From: Gammaproteobacteria bacterium
GTDB taxonomy: Bacteria > Pseudomonadota > Gammaproteobacteria > Eutrophobiales > Eutrophobiaceae
Length of the DNA: 64,000 nucleotides
NCBI GenBank assembly: GCA_965243205.1
Contig: CBDEUK010000001.1
Location: forward strand, 96,001-160,000
Reading direction: 5' to 3'
Both the position numbers and the translations under genes were made by a program. Positions 1 to 9,967 of the stretch are shown piece by piece. The stretch's first letter is position 1. Every line of letters starts with the position of its first letter. The notes under the pieces are model-generated. The model worked only from the letters and a program-made list of their open reading frames with translations. It was not told the origin of the DNA and did not search any database.

Positions 1-131
1 AATGGTAATTGAGTTTTACTTTTACTAAATGTTTGAGAACCCAATGGAATTGAGTTTAATGCTCGTTCCAAAAATTTCTCTGAATACTTATAACGCCCTA
101 ATTTATTACTAATTGTTATCTCCTCAGACAT
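1..131 (-). CDS. Partial (5' end only) class III PLP aminotransferase, GSA-aminomutase-like type found in polysaccharide loci
   Basis: Not in ORF track. My translation from ATG at 131, overlapping the spsF-like stop: MSEEITISNKLGRYKYSEKFLERALNSIPLGSQTFSKSKTQLP. IPLGSQTFSKS is typical of this family's N-terminus. Runs off the window edge. Confidence 0.75.
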   Translation of the reverse strand, partial: MSEEITISNKLGRYKYSEKFLERALNSIPLGSQTFSKSKTQLP

Positions 132-882
132 ACATAGTTGAATATCCAGTTTCTGTATAAGGTGCAGTAAGTTCTATTAACTTTGGATTCCTATCTAAAA
201 ACTCAACCACATCTAACACCGATATCATCGGAGCCTGTTCAGAAAATTGATTATAAACAATACGGCAAACAGCAAGATCTTCAGGATTATCTACTGTTAA
301 CCTCAAATCTCTTCTAACTAATTTTTCAGGAGGGGTGTCTTTAATGATCTTGAACAGTGTCTGATGTTCTCGAATATATAAACTACAGAGTTCAGAACGA
401 TGTTTTACACCACCATCTTTATGCGATGTCTCAAGCGCATTTAATTTAATGATCTCATATCCACAGCCATCGATCACATCATCCATAAAAGTTGCATCCG
501 CATTTCCATTTTGATGATGGTTCCAAGATTTTTCAACTGTCTGATAATAAAGAAACGGAGATTCACTTGTAACACGGAATACGTCAGTAGCATTAACTAG
601 TTTTCCACAATCTATCAATCTCTGCAGAACATCTATCTGATCTCCGATGATATACTTTAGTCCTTTCTCTTCAGCAATGATTTTAAATATTTCGTTTTCA
701 ATTCCTTCTGAGATACCAAGTACAACTTCATCTATACAATCGATATTGTTTAAGCATGAAATGATATTATCAATAATACGGATTCCATGATTTACATCTA
801 GATTTTGTATTGGTTTACCATATAATCTTGAGCCTTGGTTGCGACAAGCAAGTGCAGCGACTAATTTTCTATCGTTACTCAA
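124..882 (-). CDS. Acylneuraminate cytidylyltransferase family protein (SpsF-like)
   Basis: N-terminal ACRNQGSRLYGK (variant of ARxxSxRLPGK), DVLxR, RVTSESP and RLTVDxPED motifs; adjacent to a NeuB-like gene. Confidence 0.8.
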   Translation of the reverse strand: MSNDRKLVAALACRNQGSRLYGKPIQNLDVNHGIRIIDNIISCLNNIDCIDEVVLGISEGIENEIFKIIAEEKGLKYIIGDQIDVLQRLIDCGKLVNATDVFRVTSESPFLYYQTVEKSWNHHQNGNADATFMDDVIDGCGYEIIKLNALETSHKDGGVKHRSELCSLYIREHQTLFKIIKDTPPEKLVRRDLRLTVDNPEDLAVCRIVYNQFSEQAPMISVLDVVEFLDRNPKLIELTAPYTETGYSTMYV

Positions 883-1880
883 TTTATATCATCCGGTTTA
901 ACAGGCGCGTTTTTTTTAATATCCTGAATTACTGTCTTATTATAAACTTTTTCAAGGTGGGTTATATTCGACTCTGCAGATGTCCTTTTTAAACCAACAT
1001 CCTCTGGTTGAATGATCGTACCGTTTTTCAATTGCTTTGTAGTAACGACATGACGTCTTATCATTTCACGATATTGATACTCAGACTCGCTCATACCAAA
1101 ATCGTTTTTATTTTTTGAATTACCATATGCGGCAACACAACTTCGGACAGTTTCGGTAAATACAGAAAATTCATCTGGATTCAGTGCTGATTCATGATCT
1201 TCTAACTTCATAGATTTACCCAGAGTTAAATGTTTTTCAATTACTTCTGCTCCAGCTCCAATCGCTGTTGCAGCAAGAGAATAAGCTAATTCAGTATTTG
1301 GCTCTGCATGATCAGCAAATCCAACTTTTACATCTAAATCTTTCTCATTAAATATTTTATTGAAAAGCTGAATTCTAGATATCTGATTAGTATCATTTGG
1401 TGTTGGATATCCCTGAAACCCAAACAATACGATGATTGTTTTTTTATTTAATATCGCCAAAGCCTGTTTTATCTCATTAATAAACGCACCACCTGCACCT
1501 AAAATAACTTTTTGAACTCTACAATTTGCTACTTTTTCTAATAAACCAATATTGGCTATATCTGTTCCATGAAGTTTAATAGCATCAGCTTCAATTTTTT
1601 CAGCAAGTATAAGACTTTGTTCACCAAATATATCTAGATGCAGGTTAATACCAAGCTCAATCGCATAATCAGCGAGTTCTTTCCATACTTCGTCCGGCAT
1701 TTCTAATGATTTAAACAAATCGTAATACTGGTAATCTGGTGTCGCTAGTTCATCAGCGTAGACCAATTGATATTTAACACTATCTGCATTAGCCGAATTC
1801 GCGGCCTGCATCAATAACTTCGCTTGTTCAGGTTTACCTTCAAAACCCTGAGCTAATTCTGCAATAATTTCTACATTCAT
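879..1880 (-). CDS. N-acetylneuraminate synthase family protein (NeuB-like) with C-terminal SAF/AFP domain
   Basis: IIAE, VKYQ, GFADH, IEKHLTL and DHESALNP motifs; C-terminal RRHVV...LKR SAF domain. Confidence 0.85.
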   Translation of the reverse strand: MNVEIIAELAQGFEGKPEQAKLLMQAANSANADSVKYQLVYADELATPDYQYYDLFKSLEMPDEVWKELADYAIELGINLHLDIFGEQSLILAEKIEADAIKLHGTDIANIGLLEKVANCRVQKVILGAGGAFINEIKQALAILNKKTIIVLFGFQGYPTPNDTNQISRIQLFNKIFNEKDLDVKVGFADHAEPNTELAYSLAATAIGAGAEVIEKHLTLGKSMKLEDHESALNPDEFSVFTETVRSCVAAYGNSKNKNDFGMSESEYQYREMIRRHVVTTKQLKNGTIIQPEDVGLKRTSAESNITHLEKVYNKTVIQDIKKNAPVKPDDIN

Positions 1881-1907
1881 ATCGTTATCCTGATATTAGT
1901 TATGCTG

Positions 1908-2765
1908 TCACCACTTAGATGGATTCAATAAATTGATATCCTCTGAATTAAAATCAATTGATTCTGTATCTATTTTTGTATTGTAGGCACTAATTATTTC
2001 TTTTAAATGTTTTAAACTATCTACACCAATAATAATTTTATTAATCTCTGAATAAGCTGTCACAAAACCCAAGCAAGCCTGTAATGCCGTCAATTTATAT
2101 TTCTTCAACCATCGTTCATATAATTGCCAATTTTTTTCCCATAACTTAAATTTATCTGGACGCTGTTCAGAGTTCATCAATAATAAACCCTGTAAAAAAA
2201 CAGAACGAACATGTACCTCGATACCCATACTACTCAGTGAATTAAGCCAACCGGAGGTAACAAGCCTATGATCGAATATATTGAAAGGCGCTTGTACAAT
2301 ATCTATATCGAAATTATCTAATAATGTATGTAACTCGGATGGGTCATAAACAGAAACACCTATCTTATTGATAAATTTTTGCTGTTTAAGATCAAGTAAG
2401 GTTTGATAAAGTTCTTTTCCTTGTTCAGAAAAGAGCATTTCAGGTTTATGTAATAATAGCCCAAATAATTTATCTGTATTCAACTTACTAATTGAATCCA
2501 ATATGGAACTTCTTGCCCACGTTTTTATATCCTCACATTCTTGTGGTACAGCTGGTAGTTTGGTTATCAATTCCCAATCATTAACTCCTATTTTACCAAG
2601 TATTTCCTCTGCATTACCGTAAGCAACTGCTGTATCCAAAGTATGAATGCCATTATCCGATGAATAGCTAAGGATTTCTTTAACATCACTAAATGGAATA
2701 ATCCCATGTTGATTAGCAATACCATATTCAGTACCGAATTGAACTGTACCCAAAGCTAGTTTCAA
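1908..2765 (-). CDS. Aldo/keto reductase
   Basis: LGTVQFG..YG, LDTAVAYGNAE, IGVSVY and RSVFLQGLL motifs; TTG start. Confidence 0.85.
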   Translation of the reverse strand: MKLALGTVQFGTEYGIANQHGIIPFSDVKEILSYSSDNGIHTLDTAVAYGNAEEILGKIGVNDWELITKLPAVPQECEDIKTWARSSILDSISKLNTDKLFGLLLHKPEMLFSEQGKELYQTLLDLKQQKFINKIGVSVYDPSELHTLLDNFDIDIVQAPFNIFDHRLVTSGWLNSLSSMGIEVHVRSVFLQGLLLMNSEQRPDKFKLWEKNWQLYERWLKKYKLTALQACLGFVTAYSEINKIIIGVDSLKHLKEIISAYNTKIDTESIDFNSEDINLLNPSKW

Positions 2766-2780
2766 TATATAAAGTAATTC

Positions 2781-3986
2781 CTATTTTTCTAATGTATTTT
2801 TTAGAGCAAAGAGTACTTCTGACAACATATCATCCTTTAGCTCATAGTAAATTGGGATAGATAACGCCTGATAGTAATAATCCTTTGTTATGGGATAATC
2901 ATCCCGTTTAAATCCACGCTCTGCATAATAAGGATGAAATGGCACAGGTATATAATGTACTTGAGTACCAATATTTTTATCAAACAACTCTCGCATGACT
3001 TGGCCACGTGATTTGCCCAGTTTTTCGAAGTCAATACGAATCACATATAGATGTAGTGAACTATTATTACGTGATGAAGTTTGAGTTAATGTAACAAAAG
3101 GTAATTTCGCAAGTTCTTTGTCATAGATTTCTGCAATTTTTTTTCTGCGCTCTATAAATTTATTTATTTTTTTTAGCTGTGATAAAGCTAAAGCACATTG
3201 GAAGTCTGTAATACGATAATTAAACCCCAACTCCTGCATCTCATAATACCATGGGTTCAGCTTTCCTTTATCTATAGCTTCTTCTTGGTATATCAACGCA
3301 TCATCACCTTCGCTAATCCCAGGAATATCAAAATTACCTTTACATATTCCGTGACTTCGGAGTTGTAAAAGTCTTAGATAAATCGAATAATCATTCGTTG
3401 TGATCACACCTCCTTCACCTGCTGTAACACCTTTAACAGGGTGTAATGAAAATACTGTCATATCAGAATACTCACAACTTCCAACATATTTTCCAGAAGG
3501 ATAGATAGCACCGAGTGCATGTGATGCGTCTTCAATTATTTTTGCATTATGTTTTCTTGCAATATAATTTATTGACTCCATGTCACAAGGTAAACCAGCA
3601 AAATGTACTGGGATCACAGCATCTATTCCTGGTTCATTTGTAACATGGGATAAAAGTGACTCTGGAGACATATTAAGTGTATCAGGATCAATATCGGTAA
3701 ATTGCGGTTTTCCACCTGTATATAGAACAGAATTCGCACTAGCAACAAACGTATTCGCTGACGTATAAACTTTATTGTTTGGACCAATATCTGCTGCCAT
3801 GCACGCAAGATGTAAAGCTGCTGTTCCACTTGAGACTGCTACAGCATATTTTGAACCAACCTGCTTTGCTAAAGTCTTTTCAAATTCATATATGACAGGA
3901 CCTTGAGTCAGGGTACCGGACTTTAGTACTTTAATGACTTCCTCTATGTCATCCTCATCAATGTAATGTTGTCCGTAAGGAATCAT
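2781..3986 (-). CDS. pseC: DegT/PseC-like nucleotide-sugar aminotransferase
   Basis: MIPYGQHYIDEDDI start; EDASHALG, SLHPVK (PLP Lys), GFNYR and QVHYIP motifs. Confidence 0.75.
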   Translation of the reverse strand: MIPYGQHYIDEDDIEEVIKVLKSGTLTQGPVIYEFEKTLAKQVGSKYAVAVSSGTAALHLACMAADIGPNNKVYTSANTFVASANSVLYTGGKPQFTDIDPDTLNMSPESLLSHVTNEPGIDAVIPVHFAGLPCDMESINYIARKHNAKIIEDASHALGAIYPSGKYVGSCEYSDMTVFSLHPVKGVTAGEGGVITTNDYSIYLRLLQLRSHGICKGNFDIPGISEGDDALIYQEEAIDKGKLNPWYYEMQELGFNYRITDFQCALALSQLKKINKFIERRKKIAEIYDKELAKLPFVTLTQTSSRNNSSLHLYVIRIDFEKLGKSRGQVMRELFDKNIGTQVHYIPVPFHPYYAERGFKRDDYPITKDYYYQALSIPIYYELKDDMLSEVLFALKNTLEK

Positions 3987-4897
3987 AGTTTATAAAGTTT
4001 TGTAGCTAGCCCTTCTTGTTCTTGTTCATACAATCTATGCAGATGTTGCTCTACATTACCAAGTTTTTTACCCAATAAAGTACAGGTTTTCTTATTAGAT
4101 AGGCTCATATCGAGTGGTCGTTTTACCAAATCTGTTTTATTTTTTAATAATCCTGGCTTTATATATTGTTCATCAAAATTAAATACATTGGCTAATTTTT
4201 TACCAAACTCATATTTTGACAAACGCTCATCACCTACTACATGATAAATACCCGTAGCATTTTTATCCAGTAACTCGTGTACCGTCTGAACAAGTGTTTC
4301 AATTAAAATTGGTGTGTAAAATACATCTTGAAATAAATAGATATCCTTGTTATTTCGCAAAGCATTTATGATCTGATCACTAAATGATTGCCGATATGAT
4401 GTGCCCCAACCGTAAAAATTAGTACGAATGATTAACGTTTCAGGATTTGCTTCTAATACTAATTTTTCAGCCTCTGCTTTAGTACGAGCATATTCATTAA
4501 GTGGAAATATATCTGAGCTTTCTTTTACACATGCTTCATCACCGGAAAATAAATGATCAGTTGATATATGGACTAATTTTATATTTCGTTGAGAACAAGA
4601 TCTGGCGATATTTGCTGAAAGTTCTGCGTTTACATGATAGGAATCATCTTTATTGGATTCACATATCTCCACATTTGCTAAACCTGCACTATGAATTATG
4701 ATATCAGGATTATTTAATTCCAAATATGAATTTAATTCTTGATTCGATCCTAAATCTACTAAACTAGCATTAGCGCCTTGAAAATATATTTCACGTTTAT
4801 GTAAAGCGAGTTGAACTAAAAATTTATCTAATACAGTAAAAGCCCAATTCAAAGCTAACAAGCCAGAACCACCAGTCAGCAGTATCTTTTTATCCAT
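3983..4897 (-). CDS. RmlD/SpsK-like NDP-4-keto-sugar reductase (SDR)
   Basis: TGGSGLL, HISTD, YxxxK (YARTK) and RPLDMSL motifs. Confidence 0.8.
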   Translation of the reverse strand: MDKKILLTGGSGLLALNWAFTVLDKFLVQLALHKREIYFQGANASLVDLGSNQELNSYLELNNPDIIIHSAGLANVEICESNKDDSYHVNAELSANIARSCSQRNIKLVHISTDHLFSGDEACVKESSDIFPLNEYARTKAEAEKLVLEANPETLIIRTNFYGWGTSYRQSFSDQIINALRNNKDIYLFQDVFYTPILIETLVQTVHELLDKNATGIYHVVGDERLSKYEFGKKLANVFNFDEQYIKPGLLKNKTDLVKRPLDMSLSNKKTCTLLGKKLGNVEQHLHRLYEQEQEGLATKLYKL

Positions 4898-5037
4898 ATT
4901 TTTAAGAAAATTGCAATTGTATATTTAGTATCTTAATCATTACACCAACACTTTATATAAAAATATTTTCGGCAAAATTTAATTGATGATAAATCTATGA
5001 ATAATTGATAATGAAATTTAAACAGAAATATCTCATA

Positions 5038-6093
5038 CTAATCATGATTAAGAGCGGGAGGTATTTTCTTATTTAACAACTTTCTAAGAATTTTTGATTT
5101 AGATAATTTTTTTCGCGTTTTTAAATACATCGTTCTAGACAATCGTAAAAACCAATATAATGGATAAGATATTATTGAGCTCAATATTTTTACTATTAAA
5201 ACGATATATCGATTAGCAATAAAGAAAAAATAATTAAAAAAATTCGAGAATTCAGTTGTAGCCATAGTAGGTAATAGCCCAATCATACGGTTTAACAATA
5301 TGATTTCATATCTCATAATCGGAAGATTCATCGCTATTAACCTTGACTTCCACTCATCAATAAACCTTATCAATAGAAAGTCTCTTTCTCCCAAATAGGG
5401 ACTTACTCGCCCAAAAAAATCATGTTTATGTTCCAAATGCATAAAACTTCTATGTAAAACATCTGAAATAAACGCAGCATTTCTACTATACATAAGCCAA
5501 ATTAAGACAACATACATATCACCTGAATGGAATACTGGGTTAGAGTAATTATTAACAGCAAGTAATTGTCTCCTAAAGAGAACGGTTGTAACTCTAAAAT
5601 TTGTAGCTTCTTTATCTTTAAATAATGCATCTATGGTCAATGGCGCTGGCATAATATTTTGTTCGGGCCACTTTAAATCAAAACTCACAATCTCACCGGC
5701 ATCAGTCTCAAAATCATATCCACACCAAACTAGGTCAACTTCATGATCACTCTCTAGCAAATCTACTCGTCGAGATAAACTATCTTCACCGATTAAAAAC
5801 TCATCACATGAAATAAAGATTATGTATTTACCTCTAGCAACTTTTAAACCGCTATTAAAATTATTGACCATACCAATATTAGTATCATGTCGAATATATA
5901 CTATTCTAGTATCATCATAACTTTGTACAATAGATTCAGTATCATCAGTACTATTATTATTACATATAATTATTTCAATTCTTTTTTCTGATTGCATCAA
6001 AAAAGAGTCTATTGCTCTCGATAAGAATTGTCCCATATTGTAAACAGGGACAACAATAGAAACCATTGGTGTGTTTTGCACTTTACTTATCAC
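5038..6093 (-). CDS. Glycosyltransferase family 2
   Basis: VSIVVPVYN, NNNSTDDT and NIGMVNNFN motifs; hydrophobic/basic C-terminus. Confidence 0.85.
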   Translation of the reverse strand: MISKVQNTPMVSIVVPVYNMGQFLSRAIDSFLMQSEKRIEIIICNNNSTDDTESIVQSYDDTRIVYIRHDTNIGMVNNFNSGLKVARGKYIIFISCDEFLIGEDSLSRRVDLLESDHEVDLVWCGYDFETDAGEIVSFDLKWPEQNIMPAPLTIDALFKDKEATNFRVTTVLFRRQLLAVNNYSNPVFHSGDMYVVLIWLMYSRNAAFISDVLHRSFMHLEHKHDFFGRVSPYLGERDFLLIRFIDEWKSRLIAMNLPIMRYEIILLNRMIGLLPTMATTEFSNFFNYFFFIANRYIVLIVKILSSIISYPLYWFLRLSRTMYLKTRKKLSKSKILRKLLNKKIPPALNHD

Positions 6094-6138
6094 TCACTAA
6101 TTTTACGGTATTAATTAAATATAAAAATAAATTTCGCA

Positions 6139-6918
6139 TTATGCGATCCTTTTTAAATAACCATCAGGTGCAACAGTAATTTGCAATTTATTCGCTATAT
6201 CTTTATCTATTTGGAATTCAGGATGTGATTTAATAAACTCCCAAACAGCAGTCTTAGGATTATCCCCTTTACCCCAAGGCCTATCAGGAAACATATCTGC
6301 TGGCATATCTTCTATGACAGTATCAAATACAACACAATAGCTATCTAAAGTAGTTAAATCTGCATAAGCATTTAATTCTTTTAAAACATGATCATGGGTA
6401 TGATTTGAATCTAAAACAACTAATATAGAACTATAATTTTTTGCAATACCATAAACTTTATCAACTACTTCTTGACTTATACTCGAACCCTCAATCATCT
6501 CAATGTATGAAGATAATGGATGATTATTAATCTCTTTCTTATTATGTTCTCTAATATCGATATCAATTCCTAATATTTTCCTTCTAGACGCTTGTGGGTT
6601 AATACTTTCATTTTTTTCAGCCGCTTCTACCACATCTAACATAGCCAACATGGATGCACTAAAAATTAATGAACCACCATGTGCTATACCTGTTTCAATA
6701 ATAAGGTCCGGCCTTATCTTCCATATTAACTCCTGCATACAAACAATATCTTGAGGATATTGTATAATCGGTCTACCCATCCATGTAAAATTATATGAGT
6801 ATTTATAAGGAGCTGACTTTAAAAGCCAATGATTAGAAAGTTCATGTAAGTCACTGTCCTTGCCGATTCTTTCAATATTTTTATTAACTTCATCTTTAAA
6901 TTTTTGTATGGCATCCAT
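6139..6918 (-). CDS. CmcI (cephalosporin hydroxylase) family protein, probable sugar O-methyltransferase
   Basis: FTWMGRPIIQYPQD, ETGIAHGGS, LDSNHTHDHV and APDGYL motifs. Confidence 0.85.
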   Translation of the reverse strand: MDAIQKFKDEVNKNIERIGKDSDLHELSNHWLLKSAPYKYSYNFTWMGRPIIQYPQDIVCMQELIWKIRPDLIIETGIAHGGSLIFSASMLAMLDVVEAAEKNESINPQASRRKILGIDIDIREHNKKEINNHPLSSYIEMIEGSSISQEVVDKVYGIAKNYSSILVVLDSNHTHDHVLKELNAYADLTTLDSYCVVFDTVIEDMPADMFPDRPWGKGDNPKTAVWEFIKSHPEFQIDKDIANKLQITVAPDGYLKRIA

Positions 6919-6947
6919 TGATTGTTTCTATACCTATTTCTTGCGTT

Positions 6948-8084
6948 TTAAGATTTATTGAGTGATTTTATTTTTTGGGAATATTCGACCATTAATACCG
7001 AATCTGAATCTATATTTTCTCTGATTACTGCACCAGATGAAATTACAACATCACTACTAATTTTAATATTTGGCTCAACAACGATACCTGTTGCAAACCT
7101 TATTCTATTTCCTATCGTAACATTTCCTGATGTTGTAACATTTGGTCCAAAAGCACAATGACTACCTAATATATTGCCATGTTCTAAGCAAACATTACTA
7201 CTTATAAAATTATTATCACCGATAAAGGAACAAGCTCCAATATACGTATTTCCTAAAATAACATTTCCTTCTCCTATCTCTACTAATGAACGTATATTAG
7301 AAGAATCGTCAATAACATTTGCAAAAGGTATTTCCATAGATTTTATTTCATTAAATACTTTTTCGCGTTCTTTAAGATCACCATTAAAAGCAATCACAAC
7401 TGAATCTATTATTTTGTTAGCAAATAAATCCCCTAATTTATCTATTGTCCCAACAACAGGAACACCCAGTATAGTTTTATTATGATAGTAAGGATTTTTA
7501 TCTAATACAGCCACAGGGCTTTGATTCTTACTTCGTAATAAAGAATCAATAATAATTAATGCGCCTCCACCTCCAGCACCACCAATAATCGCAACACGCT
7601 CTAAATTCGCAAATCCTAGTAAGCGATTTTTATTTTGTTCATATTCGATATATTCAAGAACATGATTTTCTTTTATTTTTGTAATCGAGGGATATTGTTT
7701 TGAAATTTCTTCGAGAAGAATATTATTCTTTTTTGCTATTAGTTCAGCTTTTTTAGTAAACGATATTTCATCAGAAGAAATTAACTTTTCGCTATCATTC
7801 TCTTGCTTAAATATTTTATCAACTTCACTATCAGATAAATTCTTATTAGAAAGAATTCCCATAATTGCATTCACAGAAAGTTCATCAGAAATTTCTACAT
7901 TCCAGTAAATATATCCATCAGATTCAGACACCACATCAATTGCAGTTTTGGTAGTTTCTACTACTGCAATAATATCATCATTATTTATGAAACTATCATT
8001 TTCATAAAGTTTGCTAACAAGGTTACATGATTGATCATTAACGCCTAAGAATGGCACTCGAATTAAAGTATATTCATCTTTCAT
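6948..8084 (-). CDS. Fusion of lipoyl domain, PSBD-like segment and PglD/NeuD-type left-handed beta-helix sugar acyltransferase
   Basis: VVETTK(46)TAIDV lipoyl motif; FTKKAELIAKKNNI...KIKENHV E3-binding-like segment; AIIGGAGGG Rossmann motif; hexapeptide repeats with LEHG. Confidence 0.75.
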   Translation of the reverse strand: MKDEYTLIRVPFLGVNDQSCNLVSKLYENDSFINNDDIIAVVETTKTAIDVVSESDGYIYWNVEISDELSVNAIMGILSNKNLSDSEVDKIFKQENDSEKLISSDEISFTKKAELIAKKNNILLEEISKQYPSITKIKENHVLEYIEYEQNKNRLLGFANLERVAIIGGAGGGGALIIIDSLLRSKNQSPVAVLDKNPYYHNKTILGVPVVGTIDKLGDLFANKIIDSVVIAFNGDLKEREKVFNEIKSMEIPFANVIDDSSNIRSLVEIGEGNVILGNTYIGACSFIGDNNFISSNVCLEHGNILGSHCAFGPNVTTSGNVTIGNRIRFATGIVVEPNIKISSDVVISSGAVIRENIDSDSVLMVEYSQKIKSLNKS

Positions 8085-9085
8085 TGAATTAGTTCGTTTA
8101 TAGCCAGTTTAATATTATCTATATTTACAAGTACTTTTTCTTCTAATTCTTTAGCCGCAGGTATAATAGAATTATCTGAAGATAAACAGATTATTTTTTT
8201 ATCCATAGAAAAATTTTTACTTTCATAAATTGCCTTTAACACATCAGCATTCCAGCCGAATGCTCCAGCGCCAGGTTCACATATTATATACCCATATGAA
8301 GGACAATTGAGTTGATTAATCTCTTTAATAAAGTCTAAATTATTTATTATAGATGGATAAAATACTCTTATATTGATTTCTTCATCGATAAAATCTTCTA
8401 AAATTTTATTCACCATTTGACTCATTGAACCATACGAAAATATACAAATATCAGGATTCAATCCTGAAGAAAAGTTATCTACTATGGCAATAGAATTTTT
8501 TCCAATCTGTTTTTCATTAATATTTAAAGAACCACTTTTATTATTAATTAACGGACATGTATATATATCTTTACCTTCAATAAATATTGTTACTTCATCA
8601 TCTTCTACTGATTCAATGAAGAGTTTTTTTACATCATGAGCAAGACTCGGAGAAACTACAGTAACCCCCGGCATTCCAAAAAAAAGCTTTTCAATACTCT
8701 GGCTATGAGTAGGCCCATAGCCTCTTCCGCCTCCCATAGGCGTACGAATCAAAAGCGGTACATTTACTTCTTCTCCATACATAAGTCCAAACTTCGAAGC
8801 ACTGTTTAATACTTGATCAACAGTCAAACTCATGAAGTCACCAAACATTATTTCTACAATTGGTCTGTATCCTTGTAATGCTAAACCAATCCCTACTCCA
8901 ACAATTGCCGCTTCACTAATAGGTGTGGCTATCACTTTTTCAGGAAATTTATCAGATAACCCTTTTGTAACTTTAAAGGCACCTCCATATGGATCTAGTA
9001 TATCTTCACCAAGAATTAAAACGTTATCTTTCTGTTCAAATACTTCAAAAAAACCTTTATTTATTGAATTAAGATAAGTTTCCAA
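8081..9085 (-). CDS. ThDP-dependent 2-oxoacid dehydrogenase E1 beta subunit (transketolase-like)
   Basis: LGEDILDPYGG, TPISE, EIMFGDF and GPTHSQ motifs; TTG start. Confidence 0.85.
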   Translation of the reverse strand: METYLNSINKGFFEVFEQKDNVLILGEDILDPYGGAFKVTKGLSDKFPEKVIATPISEAAIVGVGIGLALQGYRPIVEIMFGDFMSLTVDQVLNSASKFGLMYGEEVNVPLLIRTPMGGGRGYGPTHSQSIEKLFFGMPGVTVVSPSLAHDVKKLFIESVEDDEVTIFIEGKDIYTCPLINNKSGSLNINEKQIGKNSIAIVDNFSSGLNPDICIFSYGSMSQMVNKILEDFIDEEINIRVFYPSIINNLDFIKEINQLNCPSYGYIICEPGAGAFGWNADVLKAIYESKNFSMDKKIICLSSDNSIIPAAKELEEKVLVNIDNIKLAINELIQ

Positions 9086-9088
9086 AAT

Positions 9089-9967
9089 TTACCCTACTAG
9101 TTTATCAACAACTAATTTAATCTCTTTTTGCACCTCAGATTCGATTTCGTTAAAGAGATCTTTATTTAAAATATTTTTCATTTTATCTATTGGGTCTTGC
9201 AATTTATAACTATCAATTTCTTCTTTAGCACGAAAATCATCACCTTTACTATGAGGAGAAAAACGATAGGTATTGAGTATTAACATTTTTGGTTTGCTTG
9301 TTTCTCTAACTTTATTTACAAGTTCGATAGCCGAACTGTGGACTGTTTCTAACTCCATACCATCGATAACTTTTGTTTCTATTTGAAATGCATTTGCTCG
9401 TTCTTCGAATGAACCGATATGTTGCATATGAGAGGGAGTTGATTGAGCGTATTTGTTATGCTCAACAACAATAAGAACTGGTAAATTCCACAATGAAGCA
9501 ATGTTAAATGTTTCATATATAATACCTTCTCCGAACGTTCCATCTCCTATAAAAGCAACAGCAATAGCTCCAGATTTTTTTAATTTTTCAGCTAAAGCCA
9601 TCCCTGCAACGATCGGAACTCCTGCTCCCTGTATTCCATTAGAATAATAATTATTTTTATGTAAATGCTGACTACCACCAATACCTAAACACACTCCGTC
9701 CTTTCTACCCATAACTTCTGCTATTAAGCCATAGACATCATTACTGTAAGCTAGATAATGACCATGTCCTCTATGGTTAGAAAATAAGATATCTTTTTTT
9801 TTGTCTAAAGCATTTACAACACCAACTGCACAAGCTTCTTGGCCAATACAAGTATGCACAGTTCCTCTTAAAAGCCCTTTAGAAAACAGTTCAAGCAAGC
9901 TTTCTTCAACGCGACGTATAAGTAACATTTGCCGAGTAAGATCATAAAAATCAGGTGAAGTTGTCAT
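9089..9967 (-). CDS. ThDP-dependent 2-oxoacid dehydrogenase E1 alpha subunit
   Basis: GTVHTCIGQEA, HRGHGH, GDG...N ThDP motif and TYRFSPHS. Confidence 0.9.
   Translation of the reverse strand: MTTSPDFYDLTRQMLLIRRVEESLLELFSKGLLRGTVHTCIGQEACAVGVVNALDKKKDILFSNHRGHGHYLAYSNDVYGLIAEVMGRKDGVCLGIGGSQHLHKNNYYSNGIQGAGVPIVAGMALAEKLKKSGAIAVAFIGDGTFGEGIIYETFNIASLWNLPVLIVVEHNKYAQSTPSHMQHIGSFEERANAFQIETKVIDGMELETVHSSAIELVNKVRETSKPKMLILNTYRFSPHSKGDDFRAKEEIDSYKLQDPIDKMKNILNKDLFNEIESEVQKEIKLVVDKLVG

Noticed and set aside
100-125. Apparent non-canonical ATT start after GAGGAG for the edge aminotransferase
   Set aside because: An in-frame ATG at 131, overlapping the upstream stop, explains the start
8081-9967. 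Housekeeping pyruvate or acetoin dehydrogenase
   Set aside because: No E2 catalytic core or E3 gene nearby; embedded and translationally coupled within the glycan operon
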